64,000 nucleotides of DNA from a bacterium (lineage in GTDB: Bacteria; Hinthialibacterota; Hinthialibacteria; Hinthialibacterales; Hinthialibacteraceae), in the NCBI GenBank assembly GCA_963662285.2, contig CAXXMV010000008.1:1504001-1568000 (forward strand), given 5' to 3'. The first letter of the stretch is position 1, and every line of letters starts with the position of its first letter. Shown piece after piece: positions 36,847 to 46,089 of the stretch. The translations under genes were made by a program, and so were the position numbers. Under the pieces are notes generated by a model. That model was not told the DNA's origin. It saw nothing but the letters and a program-made list of their open reading frames with translations, and searched no databases.

Positions 36847-37602
36847 ATGTTCCGCTTAACGAGACTGATATTATTAATAGCCTGCTTAGCTCTGCCCTTA
36901 TCACTGCAAGCCGCCGATGAGAAGCCTATCCGCATGTTGATTTCCGGCGGCGGCGAATGGCATCCCTACGGCCAAGGTTCCGGCGCTTTCATAGACGCAG
37001 TGCGCAAAAAAGGCAACATTTTATGCTCTTACTCAGAAGACATCCGCTCCCTGCGGAAAGACCATCTCAAACATTTCGATGTATTGGTCATCTACAATGG
37101 AGTCTACTACAAAGGTGAAGGTGAAGAACAAAAAACGCCGACGCCCAAAGGCATCCCGGAAAGCATCACCGAATTCGTCAAAAACGGCGGCGGGTTGATC
37201 TGCGTGCATTCCGGTATGGCGTCCTTTTCCGATTGGCCTGGCTATTTTGACCTGATCGGCGGCGTTTGGGTCTGGGGAACCTCAACCCACGACGCCTATG
37301 GAACTCTCAAAAGCAACGTAGTCTCCGACCACCCCATCGTCAAAGGGTTGCCCAAAACTTTTGAATTTCAGGACGAGTTCTATCACACCCTAAAACTACA
37401 ACCCGGCATCAAGGTACTGATCGAATCAACCCATGAAAAGAATGGCGAGACCGTAACCGAACCTCTAGCCTGGGTTGCAAAAGACACCCCCGAAGAACGG
37501 GTGGCGGTTATCCTTCATGGCCACGACATGGGTTCATGGGGCGACCCCAATATGCAGCAATTGATGACCCAGGCTGTAGAATGGGCCGGGCGCAGGCGGT
37601 AA
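36847..37602 (+). CDS. Secreted ThuA-domain protein
   Basis: Signal peptide; GGGLICVH, DEFY, PLAW and GHD motifs. Confidence 0.88.
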   Translation: MFRLTRLILLIACLALPLSLQAADEKPIRMLISGGGEWHPYGQGSGAFIDAVRKKGNILCSYSEDIRSLRKDHLKHFDVLVIYNGVYYKGEGEEQKTPTPKGIPESITEFVKNGGGLICVHSGMASFSDWPGYFDLIGGVWVWGTSTHDAYGTLKSNVVSDHPIVKGLPKTFEFQDEFYHTLKLQPGIKVLIESTHEKNGETVTEPLAWVAKDTPEERVAVILHGHDMGSWGDPNMQQLMTQAVEWAGRRR

Positions 37603-37626
37603 GCATTGCTATATGTGGATAATCCT

Positions 37627-37659
37627 AAACGGGGCGTATTAGTGCGTCCCGTTTTTTTT
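37627..37659 (+). terminator. Rho-independent terminator
   Basis: AAACGGGGCGTA-tta-GTGCGTCCCGTTT followed by a T run. Confidence 0.7.
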
Positions 37660-37680
37660 CTAATAAATGAGGGAGAGAAC

Positions 37681-38973
37681 ATGCGTTCTAGATTAACCGA
37701 TGAACAAATCAGCCATGTTTTTATTCGGGCGCTTCAGGATATTAATTTAGTCGAGTCGGATGATACCGCATTGATTTTTTATGATCAATCATATCTCGAA
37801 GAACGAATTAAAAATTTAGTTTTGCAATTCCCAAAAACCACATTACACAGTATCGCAATAAAAGCAAATCCACTTGTTAAAATACTAAAACAAATTGAGA
37901 AATTAGGCGTGGGTTTAGAAGCGGCTACGTTACCAGAACTATATTTAGCGGAAAAATCGGGTTTTACATCTGACCGTATTGTTTTCGATTCACCAACAAA
38001 AACTATAGAAGAGATAAAATACGCCTTGAATTTTGGTTGTCATATAAATGCTGATTCTTTGTATGAACTTCACCGGATTGATGAATTACTAAAAAATTGT
38101 AAGAGTAAAAGTACAATCGGCATACGAATAAATCCACAAGTTGGAACTGGAGTTATTGAATCAACAAGCGTCGCCGGGGAATATTCAAAATTTGGCGCGC
38201 CTATAAGAGAGAATCGTGAAGAGTTGATTGATAAATTTTTAGAATATGATTGGCTTACAGGAGTTCATCTTCATATAGGTTCTCAGGGATGTTCTGTTGA
38301 AATGTTATTAAGTGGGATTGAAATTGTTTTGGATTTTGCAAAAGAAGTAAATGATATTATAGAAAGAAAAAAAACCGGGCGGAAAATTTCGATTTTTGAC
38401 ATAGGCGGCGGGTTGCCGGTTTCTTATCATAGAGATGACGAAACAGTTAGATTATCCCTTTATGTCAAAGAAATGCGTAATCAATTTAAAGAACTTTTCA
38501 GTAATGATTTTAGATTAATAACTGAATTCGGAAGATATATACATGCGAATACCGGTTGGGTGGCAAGTAAAGTTGAATACGTCAAGAGAGATTCAAATGT
38601 AAATACAGTTATGATCCATGTTGGTGCGGACTTGTTTCTACGTAAATGTTATAGACCGGAAGATTGGCATCATGAAATTTTGGTTGTTGATGATAACGGG
38701 AAAATTAAGAGTGGTAAAGATGATAATAAATATGTAATAGCCGGCCCTCTATGCTTTGCAGGAGATATAATCGCTAAAGATATTGAATTGCCTGTGGTAG
38801 AGCAAGGAGATTATATAATAATACAAGACGCAGGAGCATACACTTTGAGCATGTGGTCAAGATATAATAGCCGACAAATTCCTAAAGTAATCGGGTATAT
38901 TGAAGACGGTGAGAAATTTGAGATAATCAGGGAACGAGAGAGTCTTGATAACATTATGGACTTTTGGTCATAG
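37681..38973 (+). CDS. Group IV PLP-dependent decarboxylase (diaminopimelate decarboxylase-like)
   Basis: AIKANP (PLP Lys), SKFG, HLHIGSQG, DIGGG, EFGR, GPLCFAGD and GAY motifs; start at MRSRL (gagggag SD). Confidence 0.85.
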   Translation: MRSRLTDEQISHVFIRALQDINLVESDDTALIFYDQSYLEERIKNLVLQFPKTTLHSIAIKANPLVKILKQIEKLGVGLEAATLPELYLAEKSGFTSDRIVFDSPTKTIEEIKYALNFGCHINADSLYELHRIDELLKNCKSKSTIGIRINPQVGTGVIESTSVAGEYSKFGAPIRENREELIDKFLEYDWLTGVHLHIGSQGCSVEMLLSGIEIVLDFAKEVNDIIERKKTGRKISIFDIGGGLPVSYHRDDETVRLSLYVKEMRNQFKELFSNDFRLITEFGRYIHANTGWVASKVEYVKRDSNVNTVMIHVGADLFLRKCYRPEDWHHEILVVDDNGKIKSGKDDNKYVIAGPLCFAGDIIAKDIELPVVEQGDYIIIQDAGAYTLSMWSRYNSRQIPKVIGYIEDGEKFEIIRERESLDNIMDFWS

Positions 38974-39156
38974 GTATATGCGTCATTATAAATAAGACTC
39001 AATTAAAATAAATCGGTGGGTGAATAATAGTAAAAATATGTTAAATCTGAGAGGTGCAAAAACACCTATACCGACAATTACAACCACATCACTTTATGTT
39101 AATATAAAGCAATCAATTTACTGCCAATTAATAATGCAAATACGGAGGATGAAACT

Positions 39157-40524
39157 ATGTCTCTCGACGCCATTTATCCCGCTACTGGAGAAACGATTAA
39201 AACATACCCTGAGATGCAACCAGAAGAGGTTAAATCCATCCTGCAGCAGTCGCAAGACGCTTTTGATGGGTGGCGCAAGACTTCATTCACCGAGCGCGCG
39301 GCCTGTCTGAAAAAAGCCGCGCAGATACTCGAAGATAATGCGGAAAAATACGCCCAACTCATGACTCAGGAGATGGGCAAGACCATAAACGAAGGCATCG
39401 CCGAAGCCAAAAAATGCGCCTGGGTATGCACCTATTACGCCAACAATGCAGCGGCGTTTCTGGCCAACGAAAGAATATCAACCGACGCGGGTAATAGTTT
39501 CGTCTCTTTCCAGCCTATTGGAGTTGTGCTGGCCGTAATGCCTTGGAATTTCCCCTTCTGGCAGGTATTCCGTTTCGCCGCTCCAGCGCTAATGGCGGGT
39601 AACATCGGCGTATTGAAACACGCTTCCAATGTTCCAGGATGCGCCTTGGCTATAGAAGAGATACTGCATCATGCGGGGATTCCGCAAAACGTTTTTCGCA
39701 CCCTGCTGGTGGGCAGCGCGCAGGTTGAAGCCATTATCGAGAATCCCATAGTCAAAGCCGTTACCCTGACCGGCAGCACTCCAGCCGGAAAAGCCGTCGC
39801 CCAAACCGCTGGCCGTATGCTCAAGAAATCCGTGCTCGAACTGGGGGGCAGCGATCCCTATGTAATACTGCAAGACGCTGATCTTGATCTGGCCGCGTCC
39901 ACCTGCGTCACCAGCCGCCTTATCAACTGCGGACAAAGCTGCATCGCCGCCAAAAGATTTATCGTCGTCGAACCTATCGCCCAAGCATTTACCGACAAAT
40001 TCGTTGAAAAAATGGCGCAGGTTAAAAGCGGCGATCCCATGCTGTCTGAGACCCAGATTGGCCCTATGGCGCGGCATGACTTACGCGATGAACTACACCA
40101 GCAAGTGCTCGCCAGCATTGAGGCAGGCGCTCAATGCATCCTGGGCGGTGAATTACCTCAAGGCCCTGGAGCATTCTATCCCCCCACAGTTTTAACTAAC
40201 GTCAAACCGGGTATGCCTGCTTATGATGAAGAGATATTCGGTCCTGTGGCCTCGATCATAACCGCCAGGGATGAAGACGACGCCATTCGCATCGCCAATG
40301 ATTCCATCTTCGGCCTGGGCGCCGCAGTCTTCACCCAAGACATAGCCAAAGGCGAACGTTTGGCCGCTGAATCAATTGAAGCGGGATGCTGCTTTGTAAA
40401 CTCGTTCGTCAAATCCGACCCCCGCTTGCCATTCGGAGGCGTCAAAGAAAGCGGATACGGCCGCGAATTATCCCATTACGGCATCAAGGAATTCGTCAAT
40501 ATCAAAACGGTTTACATCAAATAA
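39157..40524 (+). CDS. NAD(P)-dependent succinate-semialdehyde dehydrogenase family
   Basis: MPWNFPFWQVFR, LELGGSDP, GQSCIAAKR, EEIFGP and PFGGVKESGYGRE motifs. Confidence 0.92.
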   Translation: MSLDAIYPATGETIKTYPEMQPEEVKSILQQSQDAFDGWRKTSFTERAACLKKAAQILEDNAEKYAQLMTQEMGKTINEGIAEAKKCAWVCTYYANNAAAFLANERISTDAGNSFVSFQPIGVVLAVMPWNFPFWQVFRFAAPALMAGNIGVLKHASNVPGCALAIEEILHHAGIPQNVFRTLLVGSAQVEAIIENPIVKAVTLTGSTPAGKAVAQTAGRMLKKSVLELGGSDPYVILQDADLDLAASTCVTSRLINCGQSCIAAKRFIVVEPIAQAFTDKFVEKMAQVKSGDPMLSETQIGPMARHDLRDELHQQVLASIEAGAQCILGGELPQGPGAFYPPTVLTNVKPGMPAYDEEIFGPVASIITARDEDDAIRIANDSIFGLGAAVFTQDIAKGERLAAESIEAGCCFVNSFVKSDPRLPFGGVKESGYGRELSHYGIKEFVNIKTVYIK

Positions 40525-40557
40525 AGCACCGTAGTACAACGACATCGGGAGATGAAT

Positions 40558-40608
40558 GGGCGCCAAGGGCAAGACCGCATCGCGGTCAGCCCTTGATGAA
40601 ACCACCTA
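40558..40608 (-). repeat. Family B REP with extended inner hairpin
   Basis: GGGCGCCAAGGGCAAGACCGCATCGCGGTCAGCCCTTGATGAAACCACC. Confidence 0.8.
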
Positions 40609-40626
40609 ATATATGGAGATAGACCC

Positions 40627-42075
40627 ATGAACAACAAGTTAAACCGCCGCGACTGCTTAAAATATCTGGGACTCTCTACAGCGGGCTTGATGCAATCCCC
40701 GTTTTCATACGCCAGCGCAACAGACGCCGCTAAAAAATGGAATTTCGTCTTCATCTTAGTAGACGACATGGGTTGGAGCGATTTAGCCTGCTATGGCGCC
40801 GATCTGCATGAGACACCCAATATCGACAAGTTTGCGGGAGAGTGTATGCGCTTCACGGACGCCTACGCCGCCAGCCCGGTATGTACTCCCACCCGCGCCT
40901 CCATCATGACTGGCAAATACCCGGCCCGTTTGCACATGACGGTGTGGCGCGAAGAGACTCTCAGGCCGCCCAAGAAAAACCGCAAACTCATTCCACCTCA
41001 TGCAGTGAGCGATCTTCCCCACCAGGAAATCACCATCGCCGAGGCGCTGCAATCCGCTGGCTATCAAACCGCCCACATCGGCAAATGGCACCTAGGGGGC
41101 GCAGAACATTACCCGGAAACCCAGGGTTTCGACGTCAACATCGGCGGAACGCTGTGGGGGGCGCCGAATACCTATTTCTATCCCTACAGCGGTTCAGAAT
41201 ATTACGGTCATCACCGCTATGTGCCCGGTCTGGCCTTTGGAGAAAAAGGCGAGTACCTCACCGACCGCCTTACCACCGAAGCCATGAATCTGATAGACAA
41301 GATGCAGCATAAACCATTCATGCTCCACCTGGCTTATCATACGGTTCATTCGCCCATCGAAGGCAAGCCGGAATTGGTAGAGTATTATCAGAAAAAACTT
41401 AAAGAAGGCCTGAACCATAAAAGCGCAACCTACGCGGCTATGGTGCATTCATTAGATGAAAACGTAGGGCGCCTGCTAGGCAAGATCGATGAACTTAATA
41501 TCGCTGATAATACCGTAGTCATCCTGTTTTCTGACAACGGTGGAGTAAGCACTGAAATCAGAGGAAAATTCGTAACCAGCAACCACCCGCTGCGCTCCGG
41601 CAAAGGATCACTTTATGAAGGCGGCATCCGCGAGCCATTACTAATCAAATGGCCTGGAGTAACCAAGCCGGGCAGCGTCTGTCATGAGCCGGTATGTTCA
41701 ACAGATTTTTATCCCACCATGCTGGATATCACCGGATCATCAGGTGACTCAAACCATAACCCGGATGGCATCAGCATCTCCCCGCTGCTCAAGAATCCCG
41801 CCAGCCAACTGCCGCGCAAAGAATTGTATTGGCATTTCCCGCATTACTATTCCACCACATCCCCTGTAAGCGCAGTGCGTCAGGGAGATTGGAAACTTTT
41901 GGAATATTACGAAGACGGCCACCTTGAACTATACAACCTAAAAGAAGACCTTGGAGAAACAAACAATCTTGCGGAAAATAATCCTACCAAAGCCGTCGAA
42001 TTACAGACGCTGCTATCCAACTGGCGTAAAAATGTTAACGCCCAGCTGCCAGTGGTTAATCAGGATCAACAATAA
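40627..42075 (+). CDS. Tat-exported formylglycine-dependent sulfatase
   Basis: NRRDCLK; DDMG, CTPTRASIMTG, GKWHLG, SDNGG and GKGSLYEGG motifs. Confidence 0.95.
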   Translation: MNNKLNRRDCLKYLGLSTAGLMQSPFSYASATDAAKKWNFVFILVDDMGWSDLACYGADLHETPNIDKFAGECMRFTDAYAASPVCTPTRASIMTGKYPARLHMTVWREETLRPPKKNRKLIPPHAVSDLPHQEITIAEALQSAGYQTAHIGKWHLGGAEHYPETQGFDVNIGGTLWGAPNTYFYPYSGSEYYGHHRYVPGLAFGEKGEYLTDRLTTEAMNLIDKMQHKPFMLHLAYHTVHSPIEGKPELVEYYQKKLKEGLNHKSATYAAMVHSLDENVGRLLGKIDELNIADNTVVILFSDNGGVSTEIRGKFVTSNHPLRSGKGSLYEGGIREPLLIKWPGVTKPGSVCHEPVCSTDFYPTMLDITGSSGDSNHNPDGISISPLLKNPASQLPRKELYWHFPHYYSTTSPVSAVRQGDWKLLEYYEDGHLELYNLKEDLGETNNLAENNPTKAVELQTLLSNWRKNVNAQLPVVNQDQQ

Positions 42076-42088
42076 ACGAAAGAATGCT

Positions 42089-44881
42089 TTAATCAATAAT
42101 AATCGTACGTTTGAAAGAAGTACGCATGTTATGTCGCGGCGAATCGTCGGATGCAATTGCGTAAAATGTATGTGCGCCTATGGGTGGACGATGGAGCCAA
42201 ACAAACGGAGGCTGACTTTTTGCGCCGAGCGACTGCTGATCGCAATATAACTCGATTTGCTGAATGCCGCTTTGGTCGGCTGCGTTTACGTCTATCTCAA
42301 TCAGCTTATCTTCCCGGACCTTCGCGGAACGTATCTCCACCGATGGGGCAATGTGATCTTCAGTGGTTTGGCATTGAAAAAAGATCGGCTTATCGATTTT
42401 GTAAGTAAAACGTTGTTTATTCTCTACTTTTTTAATGATGTTTTTATTTTGATCCAACAACGTGATAGATTTTAAATCGGGTTCAACGAAATAAAAATCT
42501 ACGGTTGATGGCTGATTTTGCAGCGGTGATAGTTGATACTCATTTCCTGATAATTTAAGAGCATGAATTGTCGAATCATCGGCGACACTCAGATAGAGTT
42601 GGATTTTATCACTGAATGATTCCAATGCGTTTTGATGAATGGATATAATGCTTTTGTTGCCCATGACTATAGCGTTTTGCGCAACAACCGGGGCGCCCTC
42701 TTTGAAGGAGAGTTCCAGCATCGCATCAGTATTGCTCGCTTGCATGTTACTCAAGGCGATAAAACGAATAGAGGGATGGTTTGCATGTTCAGCAACGATT
42801 CCCTTCCAGCCATCAGGTAATTCAAGATTATAGGATCGAGTTCGTTTTGATATTTCATCAATGCGTTGTTGCGAGGTATCGGTATAAATGGCTAACGCCA
42901 GATCGTGAGCGGTTTCATTATTAAGAATCTCCTGATCCTTGATCGGGGAAACGAATACTCCATCGCAAAGATCGCGGTATTCCGGTTTACGCGCCCAGTT
43001 GTAACCGGGGGATCGATCCAAAACGATGTTTTGTTGCTCGCCATAAACCACCATAGCCATTGAATCATTGACGCTCCACCATGATGAGCGCCGTTCCTCT
43101 GGTTCGCCTAATATTGTTGAACCAAGTTCATCTGAATAATTTCGATCTCCGGTTAAGCCGTCTCTAACATAAAAATAAACCGGCAATCCAGACCATGTCA
43201 TCCGCATATCTTGTTTGGCCTTAAATTGCGAAAAGAAAATAGTCGGCCCATCATCGAAAGAGAAGAATGAATAGTAACGATCTCCCTGCGGTGCGTTGGC
43301 TACGCCTGATGTGTTAAAACCTGTATCACTGTAATTGTAGGTGAACAGTGTTTCCGGTCTTACTGGTTTAATTGGTTTTCCATCTCTATCAGTGAAGGTA
43401 TACGAACCCATCAGCGACATGGGATGAGCATAAATCAAAGGCTCATCTGTCCCAAAAGGATATACCAAGCCGCACAGCCCGGTTCCGTAATAAGATGAAT
43501 GCGGTCTGTGTGATGAGATGCTTCCCCAGGCGAAAGATGAAAGATGATCTGATGTGCGGTGAATCAGGTTTTGCTGAGATCGATAATGATACGAACCTTC
43601 CAAACTGGCCAGCGCTTCATCCAATGCAACAGGAGCGCATCGTGGACCTCTAAGTTTATGCATCAGATAGGCCATGCCCGCTTTAGCCCATGAGTTGCGG
43701 TGATAATCGTATTGCCGGACGGCTTGCGATTGCCTCTTTAATAATAGCGCCGCTTGCTCTTCCAATCTTGCAGCCACGGGGTCTTGCTTGATCACTGCGC
43801 CATAACAATAAGCCAATAGACCGGCGCCGTAATAGGCGTCGTATTCATTACCGTGGGGCGAGAATGGTTCGCCGATAGGAAGGAATAGAGTTTTGACCCA
43901 TTGCATCACTCCGTCATAGCCATTTCCCGCATAGTTGAAGGTTTCGGGGATTCCTTTGCCTGTCAGTTGACCGAGTATTTCAATGTAACTGCGTCCTTCA
44001 AACACTAAATCGCTGGCATACCATATATTGAGCCAGCCATGATGGTCTCCGGCGTAGTCTTGATAAAGATTCCAGCCTTGCGCCCATTCACTGATGGGGC
44101 GCCCTTCAGCCATAACGGGATTGGCGAAATCGTGCATAGTAGAGACCATATCGATTCCATTGCCCGCAATTATGTCCCAATATAATTGCCCATCACTACG
44201 GTGAGGCAGCAAATAAGCGGCGCCCATAGTGCTGGAGAGGTCTTGTTTGACTTCATCATGATTACCGCCCTGGGGAACTTCCCAGTGCTGAACCAATCTT
44301 TCCTGGGGAGCGCCGCCGATCATAACGTATTCAATCAGCGATTTGGTCTCATCATCCAACTGCGGCCATAGTTTGGCAGCGGCCATAGTTAACCAACCGA
44401 CTTCATCCGCGCGCCAGGAGAATCTCCGGCGCCATTTATCGCCATCCCTGAAATCATCCCGCGTGTTGGGCAGATAGGCATAGGGCGCATCGACGTATGT
44501 ACTGGTCAAACAGCACCACCGCAACGATTGAATGGTGCGCTGCAAGAGAGTTTCGCGCGGGATATTCTGCTTACCAAAGGTCTTCTTATCAGTTTCAGTA
44601 AGCAAAATCGAATTACAAAACTGAATCATCCCGTTGCCGGGAATCACGATAATAGTAGCGTAAGGTTCGTCGCGCCAATTGGGGTATTTCCTGAAGTCAT
44701 AAAAACCGGCGTTGGGAATGCGCGATGAATCATCCACCCATAATGGTTCGAATACATCTACAGACGATTCAACTATACTTAAATAAAACCCCATCAATTC
44801 ATCTTCAGTCATTGAACTGGCAGACTGGCTGGCGCAAACAATCGAAAAACAACATAGTAGAACGAGCGACATTTTTTTCAT
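42089..44881 (-). CDS. Large secreted hypothetical protein with C-terminal Ig-like domain
   Basis: Long ORF with signal peptide; APSVEI...AADQSGI..IELY...PFVW...GAHTFYAIA Ig-like tail; caggag SD. Confidence 0.7.
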   Translation of the reverse strand: MKKMSLVLLCCFSIVCASQSASSMTEDELMGFYLSIVESSVDVFEPLWVDDSSRIPNAGFYDFRKYPNWRDEPYATIIVIPGNGMIQFCNSILLTETDKKTFGKQNIPRETLLQRTIQSLRWCCLTSTYVDAPYAYLPNTRDDFRDGDKWRRRFSWRADEVGWLTMAAAKLWPQLDDETKSLIEYVMIGGAPQERLVQHWEVPQGGNHDEVKQDLSSTMGAAYLLPHRSDGQLYWDIIAGNGIDMVSTMHDFANPVMAEGRPISEWAQGWNLYQDYAGDHHGWLNIWYASDLVFEGRSYIEILGQLTGKGIPETFNYAGNGYDGVMQWVKTLFLPIGEPFSPHGNEYDAYYGAGLLAYCYGAVIKQDPVAARLEEQAALLLKRQSQAVRQYDYHRNSWAKAGMAYLMHKLRGPRCAPVALDEALASLEGSYHYRSQQNLIHRTSDHLSSFAWGSISSHRPHSSYYGTGLCGLVYPFGTDEPLIYAHPMSLMGSYTFTDRDGKPIKPVRPETLFTYNYSDTGFNTSGVANAPQGDRYYSFFSFDDGPTIFFSQFKAKQDMRMTWSGLPVYFYVRDGLTGDRNYSDELGSTILGEPEERRSSWWSVNDSMAMVVYGEQQNIVLDRSPGYNWARKPEYRDLCDGVFVSPIKDQEILNNETAHDLALAIYTDTSQQRIDEISKRTRSYNLELPDGWKGIVAEHANHPSIRFIALSNMQASNTDAMLELSFKEGAPVVAQNAIVMGNKSIISIHQNALESFSDKIQLYLSVADDSTIHALKLSGNEYQLSPLQNQPSTVDFYFVEPDLKSITLLDQNKNIIKKVENKQRFTYKIDKPIFFQCQTTEDHIAPSVEIRSAKVREDKLIEIDVNAADQSGIQQIELYCDQQSLGAKSQPPFVWLHRPPIGAHTFYAIASDDSPRHNMRTSFKRTIIID

Positions 44882-45069
44882 TGATGAACTCCTGATTGTA
44901 TTCAAATAGAAGGAGAATTGCCTATATCCTTGTTTGTTTAGAGTGATTTATACAATAACAAACACACACATTTTTGATAACCGCTCTTTAATATATTGAC
45001 GTGAATTAATTATTATACATATCTCTAATATATCTCCATACGTTAAACGCGTTGCGTTATAATAAAATC

Positions 45070-45351
45070 ATGATACAATCATTCAGTTGTAAAGAAACAG
45101 AGAAAATATTTCATCGAGAAATTTCGATGAAATTTCCGGCAACAATACAACGTGCCGCTTTACGTAAATTACGCATGCTAAACCGGGCGCAAAACTTGAA
45201 TGATTTATTAGCTCCTCCCGGAAACCGACTTGAAGCATTAAAAGGAAGCCGAAAAGGTCAATACAGTATACGAATCAATGATCAATGGCGCATTTGTTTT
45301 AACTGGGATAAAACAGATTGTTATAACGTCAAAATTGTTGATTATCATTAA
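45070..45351 (+). CDS. higB: HigB-type (RelE/ParE superfamily) toxin
   Basis: MIQSF...RKLRML...PPGNRLEALKG.RKGQYSIRINDQWRICF...IVDYH; TATAAT at 45058-63 suggests a leaderless mRNA. Confidence 0.93.
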   Translation: MIQSFSCKETEKIFHREISMKFPATIQRAALRKLRMLNRAQNLNDLLAPPGNRLEALKGSRKGQYSIRINDQWRICFNWDKTDCYNVKIVDYH

Positions 45352-45489
45352 AGACAAAACGGTAAAAATTCAAAAACTGTTTTTATGACAACAATAATTA
45401 GTGGATATTCATAAGACTTATATACAAGATATAGCGTGAGTTTCGTCTTTCATTCACTTTTTGCCGACTTAGCATTAAAGGATTCAACC

Positions 45490-45807
45490 ATGCCCCCTAA
45501 AAAAATGCCTCCGATTCACCCCGGCGAGATACTTTTGGAAGAGTTTTTGAAGCCGATAGAGCTTAGCCAGAACCGCTTGGCTTTGGATATTCGGGTTCCG
45601 GCCCGGCGGATCAACGAGATCGTGTTGGGGCGAAGACGGGTTACGCCGGATACGGCATTGCGATTGGCGCGGTATTTCAACACATCACCCCAATTCTGGC
45701 TTGGCTTGCAAATGGATTACGACCTGGACGCCGCCGAAGACAAACTCGCTGGGACGATTGAGAAAGAAATTCAACCCCTTCCGTCTGCATTGGGACGCGC
45801 AGTATAA
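45490..45807 (+). CDS. higA: HigA antitoxin (HTH-XRE)
   Basis: PIHPGEILLEEFL...SQNRLA...RINEIV...TPDTALRLARYF.TSPQFWLGLQ. Confidence 0.93.
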   Translation: MPPKKMPPIHPGEILLEEFLKPIELSQNRLALDIRVPARRINEIVLGRRRVTPDTALRLARYFNTSPQFWLGLQMDYDLDAAEDKLAGTIEKEIQPLPSALGRAV

Positions 45808-45958
45808 AAATTATTAATCGTATTAATCGTATTGATCATTGCTTCTTTATGAGCGTGATTATTGGTTTGGGTGGAATCTTCATTCCTGCTCCCAAATAGA
45901 ATCCCGGTTAAGTGGTTTTGTTTCCCTTGATGTGGATGCCTATAATCGAAAGTTATAA

Positions 45959-45996
45959 CATCAAGGGCTGACCGCTTCGCGGTCTTGCCCTTGATG
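45959..45996 (+). repeat. Family B REP
   Basis: CATCAAGGGCTGACCGCTTCGCGGTCTTGCCCTTGATG. Confidence 0.8.
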
Positions 45997-46089
45997 CCAA
46001 CATAACACCCACTTAAACGGAAGAAACCAGACCTACCGGTAATACCACCAAACATATCTGAATAACTTTGTTTGAGATGTTCTTAATGA

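Noticed and set aside
39020-39310. 96-aa ORF overlapping the aldehyde dehydrogenase start
   Set aside because: Out-of-frame overlap with a clear gene that has its own GGAGG SD.
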